Below are positions 10,043 to 19,436 of a stretch of DNA of 64,000 bases, one piece after another. The translations under genes were made by a program, and so were the position numbers. Within the stretch, counting starts at the first letter, position 1, and every line of letters begins with the position of its first letter. The DNA comes from a virus. Under the pieces are notes generated by a model, which did no database searches, was not told the DNA's origin, and was given only the letters and a program-made list of their open reading frames with translations. The DNA lies in IMG/VR virus record IMGVR_UViG_3300045988_184127. One strand, written 5' to 3'.

Positions 10043-10167
10043 CGGCCTTCGTTTGGTAACTGCTCTGTGCGAACACTGAAAACCACAGGATTTCTTCGAT
10101 GACTTCCGGTTGTAGTGTATTTGATTGGACTTCCAAATTCTATTTTGCTCGCACATATTGCAACTTA

Positions 10168-10200
10168 CGGTTGTATTTGCTATACTAATAACAACCAATA
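10168..10200 (+). promoter_or_regulatory. sigma-70-like promoter for Y-family polymerase operon
   Basis: TTGCAA-17 nt-TATACT ~60 nt upstream of ATG 10261; followed by AACAACCA direct repeats and GAGGAGG RBS. Confidence 0.5.
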
Positions 10201-10260
10201 ACAACCAACAAGGCACAAATAACAACTAATAGGTGTTACCGCGAACCGAGGAGGCCAATC

Positions 10261-11529
10261 ATGGCAAGCGAAAGAACCATTCTTCATTGTGATATGAACT
10301 GCTTTTACGCCAGCTGCGAGATGGCCTACAATCCAAAGCTGCAGGGAAAACCAATTGCGGTATGTGGTGACCCGGAAAGGCGAAATGGCATCGTGTTGAC
10401 TGCCTCGTATCCGGCCAAATGGATGGGCGTGAAAACCGGAATGCCTCTATGGGAAGCACAGCAGCATTGCCGAGATATCATCTTTGTCCCGGCACACTAT
10501 GACCTTTATACCAGATACAGCGGCTATACCAGAGAAATCTTCCTGCGCTTCACGGACCAGGTTGAGCCGTTTGGCTTGGATGAGGCGTGGCTCGATTGTA
10601 CCGCAAGCCAGTCACTTTTTGGGACAGGGGAAAAGATAGCCAAGAAAATCTCTGATACCGTGAAGGATGAACTCGGCATTACCTGTTCTATCGGGGTGAG
10701 CTGGAACAAAATTTTTGCAAAGCTGGGGTCCGACTATAAGAAACCGAATGCCACCACCATCATATCAAGGTCAAACTGGAAAGATATCGTATTCCCGCTG
10801 CCTGCCACGGACCTTTTGTATGTTGGGTCCAGAACGGGAAAAAAGCTGTCAAACTATTGCATTCATACAATCGGGGATTTGGCAACCTCCAATCCGAATT
10901 TTCTGAAAGAAAAACTCGGAAAAATCGGTCCCATGCTATGGGGATTCGCAAATGGCCTTGATACAGGAGCAGTAGCAAAATACGATGGCAGGGAAGCTCA
11001 AGCACCTATCAAAAGCGTTGGGAACAGTTGGACCACGCCAAGAGACCTCCTAACTGATGGGGACGTCTGGATAGTGCTTTATCTTCTTTCGGAGAGTGTT
11101 GCGGCCCGCCTCCGGGAAAATCATTTCCAATGTCGGGGAGTAGAAGTGAGTCTCCGAGATTCCAGCCTTTTCAGCTTTGAGCGACAAGTCAAGCTGCCTC
11201 AGCCAACGATGCAGGAAAAGGATATTGCGGAGGCAGCTTACCAGCTGTACAAGAAGAACTACCGATGGAGTGAGCATCTTCGCTCAGTTGGCGTGCGTGC
11301 CATTGACCTGCGGTCGGATACCGAGCCGAATCAGATATCTTTTGAGTATAGTGCCGAAAAGCAAGAGGAGACTGAACGACTCGAATCCGCAATCGACGGG
11401 ATACGAAATCGGTTCGGATACTACTCCGTGCAGCGAGCCGTCATGTACAAAGACCGGTTTCTCTCGCATTGCGATGCAAAGGGAGACCACACCATACATC
11501 CACACGGATATTTGCAGGGGAGTATCTAA
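10261..11529 (+). CDS. Y-family translesion DNA polymerase (DinB/UmuC-like)
   Basis: N-terminal ILHCDMNCFYASCE and FGLDEAWLD motifs of UmuC/DinB palm domain; 422 aa. Confidence 0.85.
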   Translation: MASERTILHCDMNCFYASCEMAYNPKLQGKPIAVCGDPERRNGIVLTASYPAKWMGVKTGMPLWEAQQHCRDIIFVPAHYDLYTRYSGYTREIFLRFTDQVEPFGLDEAWLDCTASQSLFGTGEKIAKKISDTVKDELGITCSIGVSWNKIFAKLGSDYKKPNATTIISRSNWKDIVFPLPATDLLYVGSRTGKKLSNYCIHTIGDLATSNPNFLKEKLGKIGPMLWGFANGLDTGAVAKYDGREAQAPIKSVGNSWTTPRDLLTDGDVWIVLYLLSESVAARLRENHFQCRGVEVSLRDSSLFSFERQVKLPQPTMQEKDIAEAAYQLYKKNYRWSEHLRSVGVRAIDLRSDTEPNQISFEYSAEKQEETERLESAIDGIRNRFGYYSVQRAVMYKDRFLSHCDAKGDHTIHPHGYLQGSI

Positions 11530-11532
11530 TTC

Positions 11533-11793
11533 ATGCCAGAACAAAGAACCAAGAAATATGTCGAGGTCGTCGCCGATTTCTCTCCTGAAGGTATTCTGAC
11601 CCCTCAGACGGTCATCTGGGACACAGGTCAGAAATTTGACATCACCTGCATCTCAGAAGTATTGCCGCGTAAATACTCAAAGACCGGCGGCGTTGGGGTA
11701 CGCTATACCTGCCAGATAGGAAGAGCCAAAACATACCTGTACTATGAGGTAGACAAGTGGTTCGTCGAAGCAAAGGAGGGTCACTGTGAATAG
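11533..11793 (+). CDS. small protein co-transcribed with Y-family polymerase (possible YolD-like accessory factor)
   Basis: 86 aa ORF starting 4 nt after polymerase stop; Y-family pol genes in Firmicutes commonly have a small partner; no motif verified. Confidence 0.35.
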   Translation: MPEQRTKKYVEVVADFSPEGILTPQTVIWDTGQKFDITCISEVLPRKYSKTGGVGVRYTCQIGRAKTYLYYEVDKWFVEAKEGHCE

Positions 11794-12340
11794 CAAGTAT
11801 CAAGAGCAGACCTGCTGCTTTGTCGGGCACAAAGATATTCCGCCAGGAGAACAGCTTAAAATATTAGTCAGGGTAGAGCATCGGCTCATTCCACTCATTC
11901 AGCAGGGGGTCACCTATTTTGGCATCGGCGGTTCCTTAGGCTTCGATACCCTCATGGCAGACATGTTAATTTCCTTAAAAGCTGCGCATCCACGGATTCG
12001 GATTATTGAGGTTTTGCCATTTGAGGGATACCGTTCTAAATGGAGCTTGGAACAGCAGCGGCACGCAGAGAAGATAGACAAACAGGTGGATAAGATTGTC
12101 TATGGGGCGAAAGAGCCAAGCAGGGGAGTATATCTTTTAAGAGACCGGCATTTAGTGGATTGTTCTGCCTATTGCATCTCTTATTGTACTAGAAATACTG
12201 GAGGCACAGCATATACGGTAAAATACGCTCTGGAACATGGCGTAACGGTGTATAACGCTTCCAGTTTCGACGTGAGCGCCTTGCTTCAGGCTCAGCCGCT
12301 TGGGAAGAACGAACAGGTAGTGTCTTCGCACAAAATATGA
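11786..12340 (+). CDS. SLOG-superfamily protein (DUF1273/YpsA-like)
   Basis: CCFVGHKD...GIGGSLGFD...TGGTAYTVKYA pattern resembles YpsA/DprA-like SLOG fold; overlaps upstream stop. Confidence 0.45.
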   Translation: MNSKYQEQTCCFVGHKDIPPGEQLKILVRVEHRLIPLIQQGVTYFGIGGSLGFDTLMADMLISLKAAHPRIRIIEVLPFEGYRSKWSLEQQRHAEKIDKQVDKIVYGAKEPSRGVYLLRDRHLVDCSAYCISYCTRNTGGTAYTVKYALEHGVTVYNASSFDVSALLQAQPLGKNEQVVSSHKI

Positions 12341-12384
12341 GGGAGGTTTCCTGGCGTTTGGAGAAATACCCATAGGACTTTGAG

Positions 12385-12418
12385 CTTTGCTGCACAAAAA
12401 CAAGCCTCCGCTCTTTGG
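12385..12418 (+). terminator. rho-independent terminator
   Basis: gcctccgctctttggcgggggc hairpin then tcttcttgtattct. Confidence 0.5.
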
Positions 12419-12860
12419 CGGGGGCTCTTCTTGTATTCTCAAAAACGTTGAATTCAATTTCACTGAATTCCGATTCAGCATTATTTGGCGTGGCTCAGCT
12501 CGATAACTTTATCGACCCTTCTCAGAAGTACCCTGTTATCGCTGTTACAAGCCGTCTGATGAGCACAGGCGTTGATGCCGAGACTTGTGAAATTGTCGTT
12601 CTGGACCTCTGGCCCCGTCCGAAATTATCTATCGCATTGCAGCCAACTATATTCTGGGTTTCTCTGAGGAGCATAACGGAAAGCAGTATAACTTCCGTAT
12701 CTGTAATGCGCTACCCTATGCAAGGGATGGGACGCTGAGCGAGAAGTTGGATGAGTTGTTTTGATAAAACAGTATAGGAATATAGCTAAGCCGCCAAGCG
12801 AGTGAAATCGTTTGGTGGCTTTTCTTTTTGCTATGGAAAAGTAGACATTGTACTTGTCAT

Positions 12861-12921
12861 GAGCTTGTTGCATACTTGCTACGAACTTGCTAAAAACTTG
12901 CTGAGCACTTGCTACGCTTCA
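12861..12921. repeat. four direct copies of ACTTGCT(A/G) including ACTTGCTACG x2 (reverse complement CGTAGCAAGT)
   Basis: catACTTGCTACGaACTTGCTaaaaACTTGCTgagcACTTGCTACGc; shares the CGTAGC core with repeat clusters at 1741 and 39600. Confidence 0.55.
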
Positions 12922-13434
12922 CCTCGAAGCAAGTTCAGTTTTTTGCGCGAAAGAATATCGGATAAGTGACGCTTCCTACTCGTATGACCGAGAGAAAACA
13001 TGCAAAGACTCTACCATTCTGGTAGGGCTTTTTTGCTGCCCAAAAAGTTGGAAAAATGTCGCAAGCGAGCCGCTGAAACCTCAGAATTTTGTCGCAGCCC
13101 TTCCGAATATGAGATGTATCTCACAAAAGCGAAATGCGCTGCTTCGTATCTGTGGTGAGACAATCGGAACAGGCGAATAGCAAAATCTCAGCTGCCGCAA
13201 ATGCTGTCAAGTTCAAATCACAACTCCCAAAAGTTTCGTTTGGGAAAGCCTGCATTAAAAGTTTCGTTTTGGAAAATGCAGAGGGGAAAGGAAAATGTCG
13301 AAGCATATATGCACTGATTTTCTTCTTGCTATTTGTGCAATCCGCTCAAATTGGCGATAAATATTCCCAAAATAAATAAGTCAAAGTGCTTTTGGTGTAT
13401 AATGGCTCTGACAAACAGAAAAAAGGAGAACACT

Positions 13435-14526
13435 ATGAAAAAGGTTGTATCATTAGCACTTTCGACTTTGCTCGTCCTCTCGTTGGCTGCCTGTGGCAAG
13501 GCAGACAGTTCTGCTGCAGCCTCAAGTGAATCCAAGTCAAGTGCTTCGTCGTCAAGTGCTTCGTCAAATAGCACTTCCAATAGCACGCAAGATTACAGCC
13601 CTGACGGGATTAAAGTAGGAGAGACATATACTACAGAAGACGGCAAAACATATGAAAGGGTGTGGAGCGGCACAGGCAGCGATTTACCTACGCCGTCCCC
13701 CGAACCCAAAATTACATACGATAATGATTTCCAGGCACAAACACTTGTTGATAATGAAGAATGCACCATTATCTTGCAGAGCGTTGGCTACGATGATGAT
13801 TATGGCTATTATTGGAAGATTTACTTTAAGAATAAGACATCGGATAAAAAGCTCAACAACTGGTTTGGTTCCTGCACATTGAATGGCGTGGGTGCAAGCC
13901 TTTCGTTCCCGAGTGTTGAGCCCGGTCAAGAGGAAACGGAAGTTTGTCGTTGGAAAAGCGCTGGGCTTAAAATCTATAACATCAATCCGCAGGATATCAA
14001 TACGGTAAGTTTTTATCTCAATGTTTATAACGAATTAGATGATGCTGTCCCACGACATGACCTTGTTGATGACGATTTCGTGGTTTATCCAAAAGGGGAA
14101 GAAAACGCAACCGAGCCAAAGCATGAAACTCAACCCACAGACCTCGTCCTGGTTGATAATGACGCTTGCGCCCTGATGATTTGTGGATTTGACCCCGATG
14201 GTCTGCTCGGTTATACGGCCAAAGCTTACATAGAAAACAAGACGGATAAAGAAATCATGTTTGCCTTTAGAAGCGGAGGCTCTATAAACGGTTTTGAGTG
14301 CTTCCCTGAAACAGATACAATGGGAATCGATGCACATACTAATGTCTATATGGACATCTACTATCGCGATTATTTGGATACTTATGAGGCCAACGGTAAA
14401 GACCCCACCTCTATCACCGAAATGGTGATGCCAATCGTTATAAACAATTTCAATACTCGGGACATCTATGTAGATGAGACTTTCACTATTAACCCTCAGA
14501 CAAATTCCGTGACAACATCGGAATAA
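13435..14526 (+). CDS. lipoprotein with internally duplicated domain (paralog 1)
   Basis: MKKVVSLALSTLLVLSLAAC lipobox signal; extended -10 tgGTGTATAAT upstream; two related modules (DNEECTIILQSVGYDDDYGYYW / DNDACALMICGFDPDGLLGYTAKAY). Confidence 0.7.
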   Translation: MKKVVSLALSTLLVLSLAACGKADSSAAASSESKSSASSSSASSNSTSNSTQDYSPDGIKVGETYTTEDGKTYERVWSGTGSDLPTPSPEPKITYDNDFQAQTLVDNEECTIILQSVGYDDDYGYYWKIYFKNKTSDKKLNNWFGSCTLNGVGASLSFPSVEPGQEETEVCRWKSAGLKIYNINPQDINTVSFYLNVYNELDDAVPRHDLVDDDFVVYPKGEENATEPKHETQPTDLVLVDNDACALMICGFDPDGLLGYTAKAYIENKTDKEIMFAFRSGGSINGFECFPETDTMGIDAHTNVYMDIYYRDYLDTYEANGKDPTSITEMVMPIVINNFNTRDIYVDETFTINPQTNSVTTSE

Positions 14527-14536
14527 TTTGACGCCC

Positions 14537-14566
14537 TCCTGCGATTAAAATTGTTGGCTTTCCCAG
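14537..14566. repeat. degenerate IS200/IS605 end-like sequence (solo end remnant?)
   Basis: cctgcgattaaaattgttggctttcccagac resembles IS end cccacgattgaaatcgtgggctttcccggcc at 10017. Confidence 0.35.
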
Positions 14567-14681
14567 ACTTCATTTGCAATTTTGCAAATAAAGTTTCATT
14601 CTGGAAAACACGGTGGAAAAGTAAAATGCCGAAGCGCTTTTGATGTATAATAGCCTTATACAAAGAAAAAAGGAGAAAATC

Positions 14682-15704
14682 ATGAAAAAGGTTGTATCAT
14701 TAGCACTTTCGGCTTTGCTTGCCCTTTCCCTGGCCGCCTGTAGCAGCTCTAACACTACCAGTACTACTGCCAGCAGTGCAGCTACATCTGATGCTGCATC
14801 CTCCGAGGAAAGCACCAGCGACTCTTCAACGAGTACTGCAAGTAGTGCTGCCGATAATGCAACGGCTGAACCCGACATCCAGTTCGATGAGAGTTTCCAG
14901 CCACAGACGATTGCCGACAACGATACCTGTACCATCATCTTGCAGAACGTGGGTTATGATGACAGCTATGGCTACTACTGGACCGTTGATTTCCAAAATA
15001 AAACGGATGACAAAACTCTTTGCGCTATCACAAGCAGCTCGTCCTTGAATGGAATCCCGGCAGATACCAGTTGGTTCCCGGAAATTGGGCCAGGAGTGAA
15101 AACCACCGAGGTCGTTTCGTGGGATAAAGCAGGACTGGAAATCTATGGAGTGAAACCGCAAGACATCGATACCGTCAAACTTCACATCGATGTCTATGAT
15201 GAAGCAGAATGGGATGTGTCGAATCGTGATGACCCTGTCGATGATGACTTTGTGATTTATCCGAAAGGTGAAGAGAACGCGACAGAACCAAAACACGAGA
15301 TTCAGCCCACGGATATTGTGCTGTTCGACAATGATGCCTGCAGCATGGTCGTTTGCGGATTTTATTCTGATAGTTTCATGGGCTATACGGCGAAAGCCTA
15401 CTGTCAGAACAAGACAGATGACCGTATCGATGTCATTCTGGACAAAGGCTCTATCAACGGCTTTGAATGTACCCCGGAAGGAGCGGCACTACTGGAACCA
15501 CATTCCAACGCCTATGTTGACATTCGTTGGCAAGAATATGCTGAAACTTATGCAGAGAATGGCAACGACCCAACATCCATCACAGAAATTGTAATGCCAG
15601 TTTTTGTGAGAAAAGACACAGGGAACAATACGGTATACATTGATGCCACTTATTCTATTGACCCGCAGGCAAGAACTGCAACGCCGATAGTGAACCCCCA
15701 ATGA
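14682..15704 (+). CDS. lipoprotein with internally duplicated domain (paralog 2)
   Basis: MKKVVSLALSALLALSLAAC lipobox; long blocks near-identical to paralog 1 (DDDFVIYPKGEENATEPKHEIQPTD); extended -10 tGaTGTATAAT upstream. Confidence 0.7.
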   Translation: MKKVVSLALSALLALSLAACSSSNTTSTTASSAATSDAASSEESTSDSSTSTASSAADNATAEPDIQFDESFQPQTIADNDTCTIILQNVGYDDSYGYYWTVDFQNKTDDKTLCAITSSSSLNGIPADTSWFPEIGPGVKTTEVVSWDKAGLEIYGVKPQDIDTVKLHIDVYDEAEWDVSNRDDPVDDDFVIYPKGEENATEPKHEIQPTDIVLFDNDACSMVVCGFYSDSFMGYTAKAYCQNKTDDRIDVILDKGSINGFECTPEGAALLEPHSNAYVDIRWQEYAETYAENGNDPTSITEIVMPVFVRKDTGNNTVYIDATYSIDPQARTATPIVNPQ

Positions 15705-15724
15705 TAGTCGCATGATTTTCCGAA

Positions 15725-15830
15725 GCCAAAAAACTTCTGGAATAGCAGCAAAACTTTTCTGAGTTCAGAAAACTTTTGGCATTTTTGGAAAAAGTTTTCT
15801 GGAATGGGAAAACTCTCCGGCTTTTTGGAA
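15725..15830. repeat. tandem array of ~16-bp motif GAAAA(C/G)TTTTCTGG (5 copies)
   Basis: aaaaacttctggaat, aaaacttttctgagt, gaaaacttttggcat, aaaagttttctggaat, gaaaactctccggct; related AAAAGTTTCGTTTTGG copies at ~13231, ~13259, ~14591. Confidence 0.55.
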
Positions 15831-15841
15831 TGAAAAAATAA

Positions 15842-15880
15842 AAGCGCTCACCATTTTTCGGTGGGCGCTTTTCTTCATAA
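15842..15880. terminator. bidirectional rho-independent terminator
   Basis: aaagcgctcaccatttttcggtgggcgcttttcttc between convergent genes. Confidence 0.65.
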
Positions 15881-15904
15881 ATCAGGGCAAGGAGACCCGC
15901 GACT

Positions 15905-17449
15905 TTAGTCGTGGGTTATTGACTCTTCAGTTTTCTTTTTCAGCCATTGTCTTCTCACAAACGGCGTGACATAAGTTTCATCACTCTTCGGCTCATAGCC
16001 ATAGCTTTCAGCTATCAGGATGGCACGTTCGCTTGCTTTCTGTCCGGCAGGCAGGTGGCGAATGAAACCATTGATGTTCTTGGACGAAGCATCATATTTG
16101 GACTTGTCGAACACCCGCAGCGGCTCGTCGTCACCATTGCCTTTCTTGCGATAATCGCGGGGCTTTCCGCCAATCATCAGACAACGAATCCCGAATGGAG
16201 CATCCGCGTGTGTCACAAACGAAGACCGGAACGACGCATCAGTGGGCAGGACATCCGGCAAATCACAGGCGAGAGAAGTGTACAGCCAGAGAATCAGATT
16301 CGTGACGCTGTCAACCAGCTCTGGAAATTGAGCTCGGTCAGTCAAAATATAAAACCACTCGGTGCTTGTGTTATAGTATCCGGCCAGGTCACCGAACTTG
16401 GTTACGATTTTATACAGACACACAATCTCGTTGTCGCGGCAAGTCTCTTTCAGCTTAATTTCCTGTATCAGCTGGCAGGCATCAAACTGAAACAATGCAC
16501 CGTTGGCGGGAAGAGTTCTGCGGCGATGGTGCAGCGTATCTTTCAGAAACTCTGTCGTATATTTGGGTGAGATGGGCTTTGGCCACCAGGACCACATGTT
16601 CGGAGTATTCTCAATCAGCGGCTTGTCCGGCAGCATGTCCACGGTATACTCGTTCACATAGGTAGCCATCGAAAGGACTGTGTTCGTATACAGATGTGAG
16701 AGCAAAGCGAGGTTGTTGATGCTATCGAAATCTGCAACATTCTCATAGCCATAACGCTTATAGTACGAAAAGACCATATCCAGGCGTCTGTCTTCAGAAA
16801 TCTGAAAATCGCATTTATCGTATGGCCGATTATTGAAAAGGGCTTCACTATAATAGACTGGAACATCCGCAAGGGGATAGGGGTCCCGAATGATGATAGG
16901 CTCATTCTCAGTCGAAATGCCAACAATGTTGTTCACAATGTCAAATTCCTGAGGCTTGAGGTATTCGCTCCCCTGCATCAGCATATCGATTACCGCGTAC
17001 AGGACAGAATCATTACGTTCCATAACTCCGTCAATGGACAATCCTGAATGAACACATTCCTGCGCATAAGCAATAGCCTTGAAATACAGAGCATAGTCCT
17101 TGTTCTTCTTGATGGGCTTTGTGAGCCCCTGCAAAAACTGATGATAGCCTTTAATGAACTTGTCGGGGTTTGCCATGGCAAGCTCTACCTGAGAGCTGAC
17201 GGCCTCAATGATGGGTTTGCACTCCTCAGCTTCACGGACCAGGTGAAAGAGGAAAGTAGATGCTTTCCCAAAATCCATGTCATGCAATGTCGTCGCAACC
17301 TGGCAAGCGCTGGACAGGGTTCTTCTCTGAAATACCCAGATAGACTCGCCTTTGCTCCGATACTTCTTATCCCATACCGGTGCGTATTTATCGACTAAGG
17401 CATTACCGAAATCTTCCTGCACTGCCAAAACACCATTTTCGTTCTGCAC
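15905..17449 (-). CDS. large uncharacterised protein, downstream partner of HD-domain gene
   Basis: 514 aa ORF, 10 nt after upstream gene stop (operon); no recognisable motif. Confidence 0.5.
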   Translation of the reverse strand: MQNENGVLAVQEDFGNALVDKYAPVWDKKYRSKGESIWVFQRRTLSSACQVATTLHDMDFGKASTFLFHLVREAEECKPIIEAVSSQVELAMANPDKFIKGYHQFLQGLTKPIKKNKDYALYFKAIAYAQECVHSGLSIDGVMERNDSVLYAVIDMLMQGSEYLKPQEFDIVNNIVGISTENEPIIIRDPYPLADVPVYYSEALFNNRPYDKCDFQISEDRRLDMVFSYYKRYGYENVADFDSINNLALLSHLYTNTVLSMATYVNEYTVDMLPDKPLIENTPNMWSWWPKPISPKYTTEFLKDTLHHRRRTLPANGALFQFDACQLIQEIKLKETCRDNEIVCLYKIVTKFGDLAGYYNTSTEWFYILTDRAQFPELVDSVTNLILWLYTSLACDLPDVLPTDASFRSSFVTHADAPFGIRCLMIGGKPRDYRKKGNGDDEPLRVFDKSKYDASSKNINGFIRHLPAGQKASERAILIAESYGYEPKSDETYVTPFVRRQWLKKKTEESITHD

Positions 17450-17459
17450 AGTATCCTCC

Positions 17460-18857
17460 TCATAGTTTCAGCTGCCCTACACAGCTCTGCGCAGTGGGCA
17501 GTAGTTTGTGGGTTATCTCGTTGCGGAAATACTTAGGGTCCACGGCCCGCATCCCGAACCGCACACGGTCTAAAGCATCTGCATCCTTGAGAATCGTATA
17601 TAGCAGCCACACCCGTTCTTTGTTTCGAATATTGGATGCTTTGAGGTCTGCAAGAGCTTTGCGGTCGTCTAAGCAATGATATTCGATGAGGAAAGCAGTT
17701 GCCGAATTGCATTCGGGAACAGCATCATGGTAAATGTCATTGGACTTTGCTCCGTGGCTGTCATCGACATCATCGTTTGTCCGCCCAATATCATGATAAA
17801 GAATCGCATCACATAGCTGGTGGGATTCATTTTTTGTTAAGGCAATGCCCTGAACCTGAACCAAAAGCAGCGCATCAAAGAGAACTCGCAGCGTATGCTC
17901 GGCGTCGTGCTCCTCATCATTAGCCCGGCCATAAGCATCATACAGAGTGGAAATGCGGCTCCGATAGTGCTGGTAGAGAGGGTAGAACGCCTGAATTTCG
18001 TCTGTCAGAGCGTTGATACCGAGAAGCACATCGACCTTTACATCTTTTACGGCAGCCGTGGGGACAAGGACCTCTTTTTCCTCATCGTTCGGAAAATACT
18101 CGATAATATCACTTTTGTTGATATGGGCAGTGATGATTCTGCTGTTCTCGAGACTCGGAATGCGGCAGGCGAAGAAACAGGCTGCCTTGTAGCTCGTGGT
18201 CCAGGAAAAGGACTTTTTGTATGTAGTAGACTTGCTGCCTTCCCCACGATAGATGGTCATAATATCCGGCAGGCTGGACAGCTTCTTTTCAGTGTCCTGC
18301 TTTTGCTTTTGAGATTTTCCAGCAAAAACCTTTTGCAGGCCATTCTCACTGAGGGAAGAAAAGCCAAAATCACTGGTGCGATACAGGTCAAGAAAGAGAA
18401 CATATAAGTCCTCACCAGGATTGGACAACTCAATGTATTTAGAAAGAACCGATACACGCAGGCAGTCTTCCAGGGAAAAGAGGTAGCTGCGAATGAAGGG
18501 GGCGTTTCCCGATGAGATTTTCTCGGCCATATCCAGAACTCTCTGCTGAAACTTTTCGTCCGATTCGCCGTTCACAGCCAGACGCTTGTCGCCATAAATG
18601 TTTAGAGAAAGAACGATGGGAATGGCCGGATTATCGAGTTCGCAGTAATAGAGCGGGGCCAACATATTGCGAGCGGCATAAATCCTGGTGATGGGCAGTC
18701 TCGGATACTTCTTAGCGAATTCAGTGGCCGTTATACCGATGCTGTAGCCTTCTTTGTAGTACCGTTCAATATCCGCGCTCGTCTGCACTGCAGTAAGGGG
18801 AAGCATCGTATCAAGACTTGCTTGGTTGATGCTTACAAGAATATCCCCGACCGTCAT
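17460..18857 (-). CDS. HD-domain phosphohydrolase fusion protein with central R-S-E-like (possible ADP-ribosyltransferase) motif
   Basis: C-terminal HD signature EHTLRVLF...ILYHDIGR...LKDADALDR; middle region IYRGEG...SWTTSY...EEKEV reminiscent of ART R-S-E triad (unverified). Confidence 0.55.
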   Translation of the reverse strand: MTVGDILVSINQASLDTMLPLTAVQTSADIERYYKEGYSIGITATEFAKKYPRLPITRIYAARNMLAPLYYCELDNPAIPIVLSLNIYGDKRLAVNGESDEKFQQRVLDMAEKISSGNAPFIRSYLFSLEDCLRVSVLSKYIELSNPGEDLYVLFLDLYRTSDFGFSSLSENGLQKVFAGKSQKQKQDTEKKLSSLPDIMTIYRGEGSKSTTYKKSFSWTTSYKAACFFACRIPSLENSRIITAHINKSDIIEYFPNDEEKEVLVPTAAVKDVKVDVLLGINALTDEIQAFYPLYQHYRSRISTLYDAYGRANDEEHDAEHTLRVLFDALLLVQVQGIALTKNESHQLCDAILYHDIGRTNDDVDDSHGAKSNDIYHDAVPECNSATAFLIEYHCLDDRKALADLKASNIRNKERVWLLYTILKDADALDRVRFGMRAVDPKYFRNEITHKLLPTAQSCVGQLKL

Positions 18858-19280
18858 TGTTTTTCTCCTCCCACAATTCTTTCTAACATAATTATATCAT
18901 ATTTTACAGATGGACGGGCCAAAATCGCAACTTTGTTCATGAATACTTAACCTTTATGCACGAGATTTATTGTTGCCCTAATATATAAAACTAGAGCCCC
19001 GTCATCTTGGATGGGGCTCTTGAGTTGTAGCTGGAGGTGTATCTCATTTTGTGCCAGGGGTATTGTATGGTAGTTTTCGAAAATGAGTGCAAAAAAACAA
19101 ACACCAGAAGTCAAACTCAAAAATATCTTAGTCTTGGCAAGTTTACCCTTGCGCCGCTGTGCGAACCTCATAAAATAGAAATTGTACAAGAGAAACGGCA
19201 AGTGACGTTCATCGCGATTGTAGTTGGTTGCCACGAATCGATGCCGTGTCTGCTTGCGCATAATTACCTCTTTTCGAAGC

Positions 19281-19315
19281 CCACAGGTCATTCTCTCACC
19301 TGTGGGTTTTGTTTA
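19281..19315 (+). terminator. rho-independent terminator
   Basis: cccacaggtcattctctcacctgtggg hairpin + ttttgttt. Confidence 0.6.
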
Positions 19316-19343
19316 TTGCGGAATCGTGCGAATTGCAGACAAT
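19316..19343 (+). promoter_or_regulatory. conserved-module promoter P1
   Basis: TTGCGG-16 nt (aatcGTGCGAATTGca)-GACAAT, then AATTAAAG. Confidence 0.55.
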
Positions 19344-19436
19344 TAAAGACAGAGCGATTGCGAGATGGGGCGATACCGATGCAGTAGGAATGAGAATCTT
19401 AGCAGCTAAAAAACTGAATGTGGAGAAATAAAAATT

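Larger units (their letters stand above)
7506..10045 (-). mobile_element. IS200/IS605-family insertion sequence (tnpA + tnpB) with palindromic subterminal hairpins
   Basis: Identical 20-bp perfect palindrome cccacgattGAAatcgtggg at ~7506-7530 and ~10017-10040 flanking HUH transposase and RuvC-like TnpB genes. Confidence 0.8.

Noticed and set aside
12415-12738. 107-aa ORF in the 12.3-13.4 kb intergenic region
   Set aside because: Begins inside a terminator hairpin and runs through the ACTTGCT repeat block. No RBS and no recognisable features, so likely non-coding.
9921-18905. Identical 16-mer TAAAATATGATATAAT (minus-strand sense) upstream of both tnpA (9921-9940) and the HD-domain gene (18885-18905) as evidence of an IS-derived promoter
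   Set aside because: It is an AT-rich extended -10 consensus-like sequence (TGnTATAAT), and the flanking sequence is not shared. It is most simply explained as two independent strong promoters, so it is not reported as a feature.
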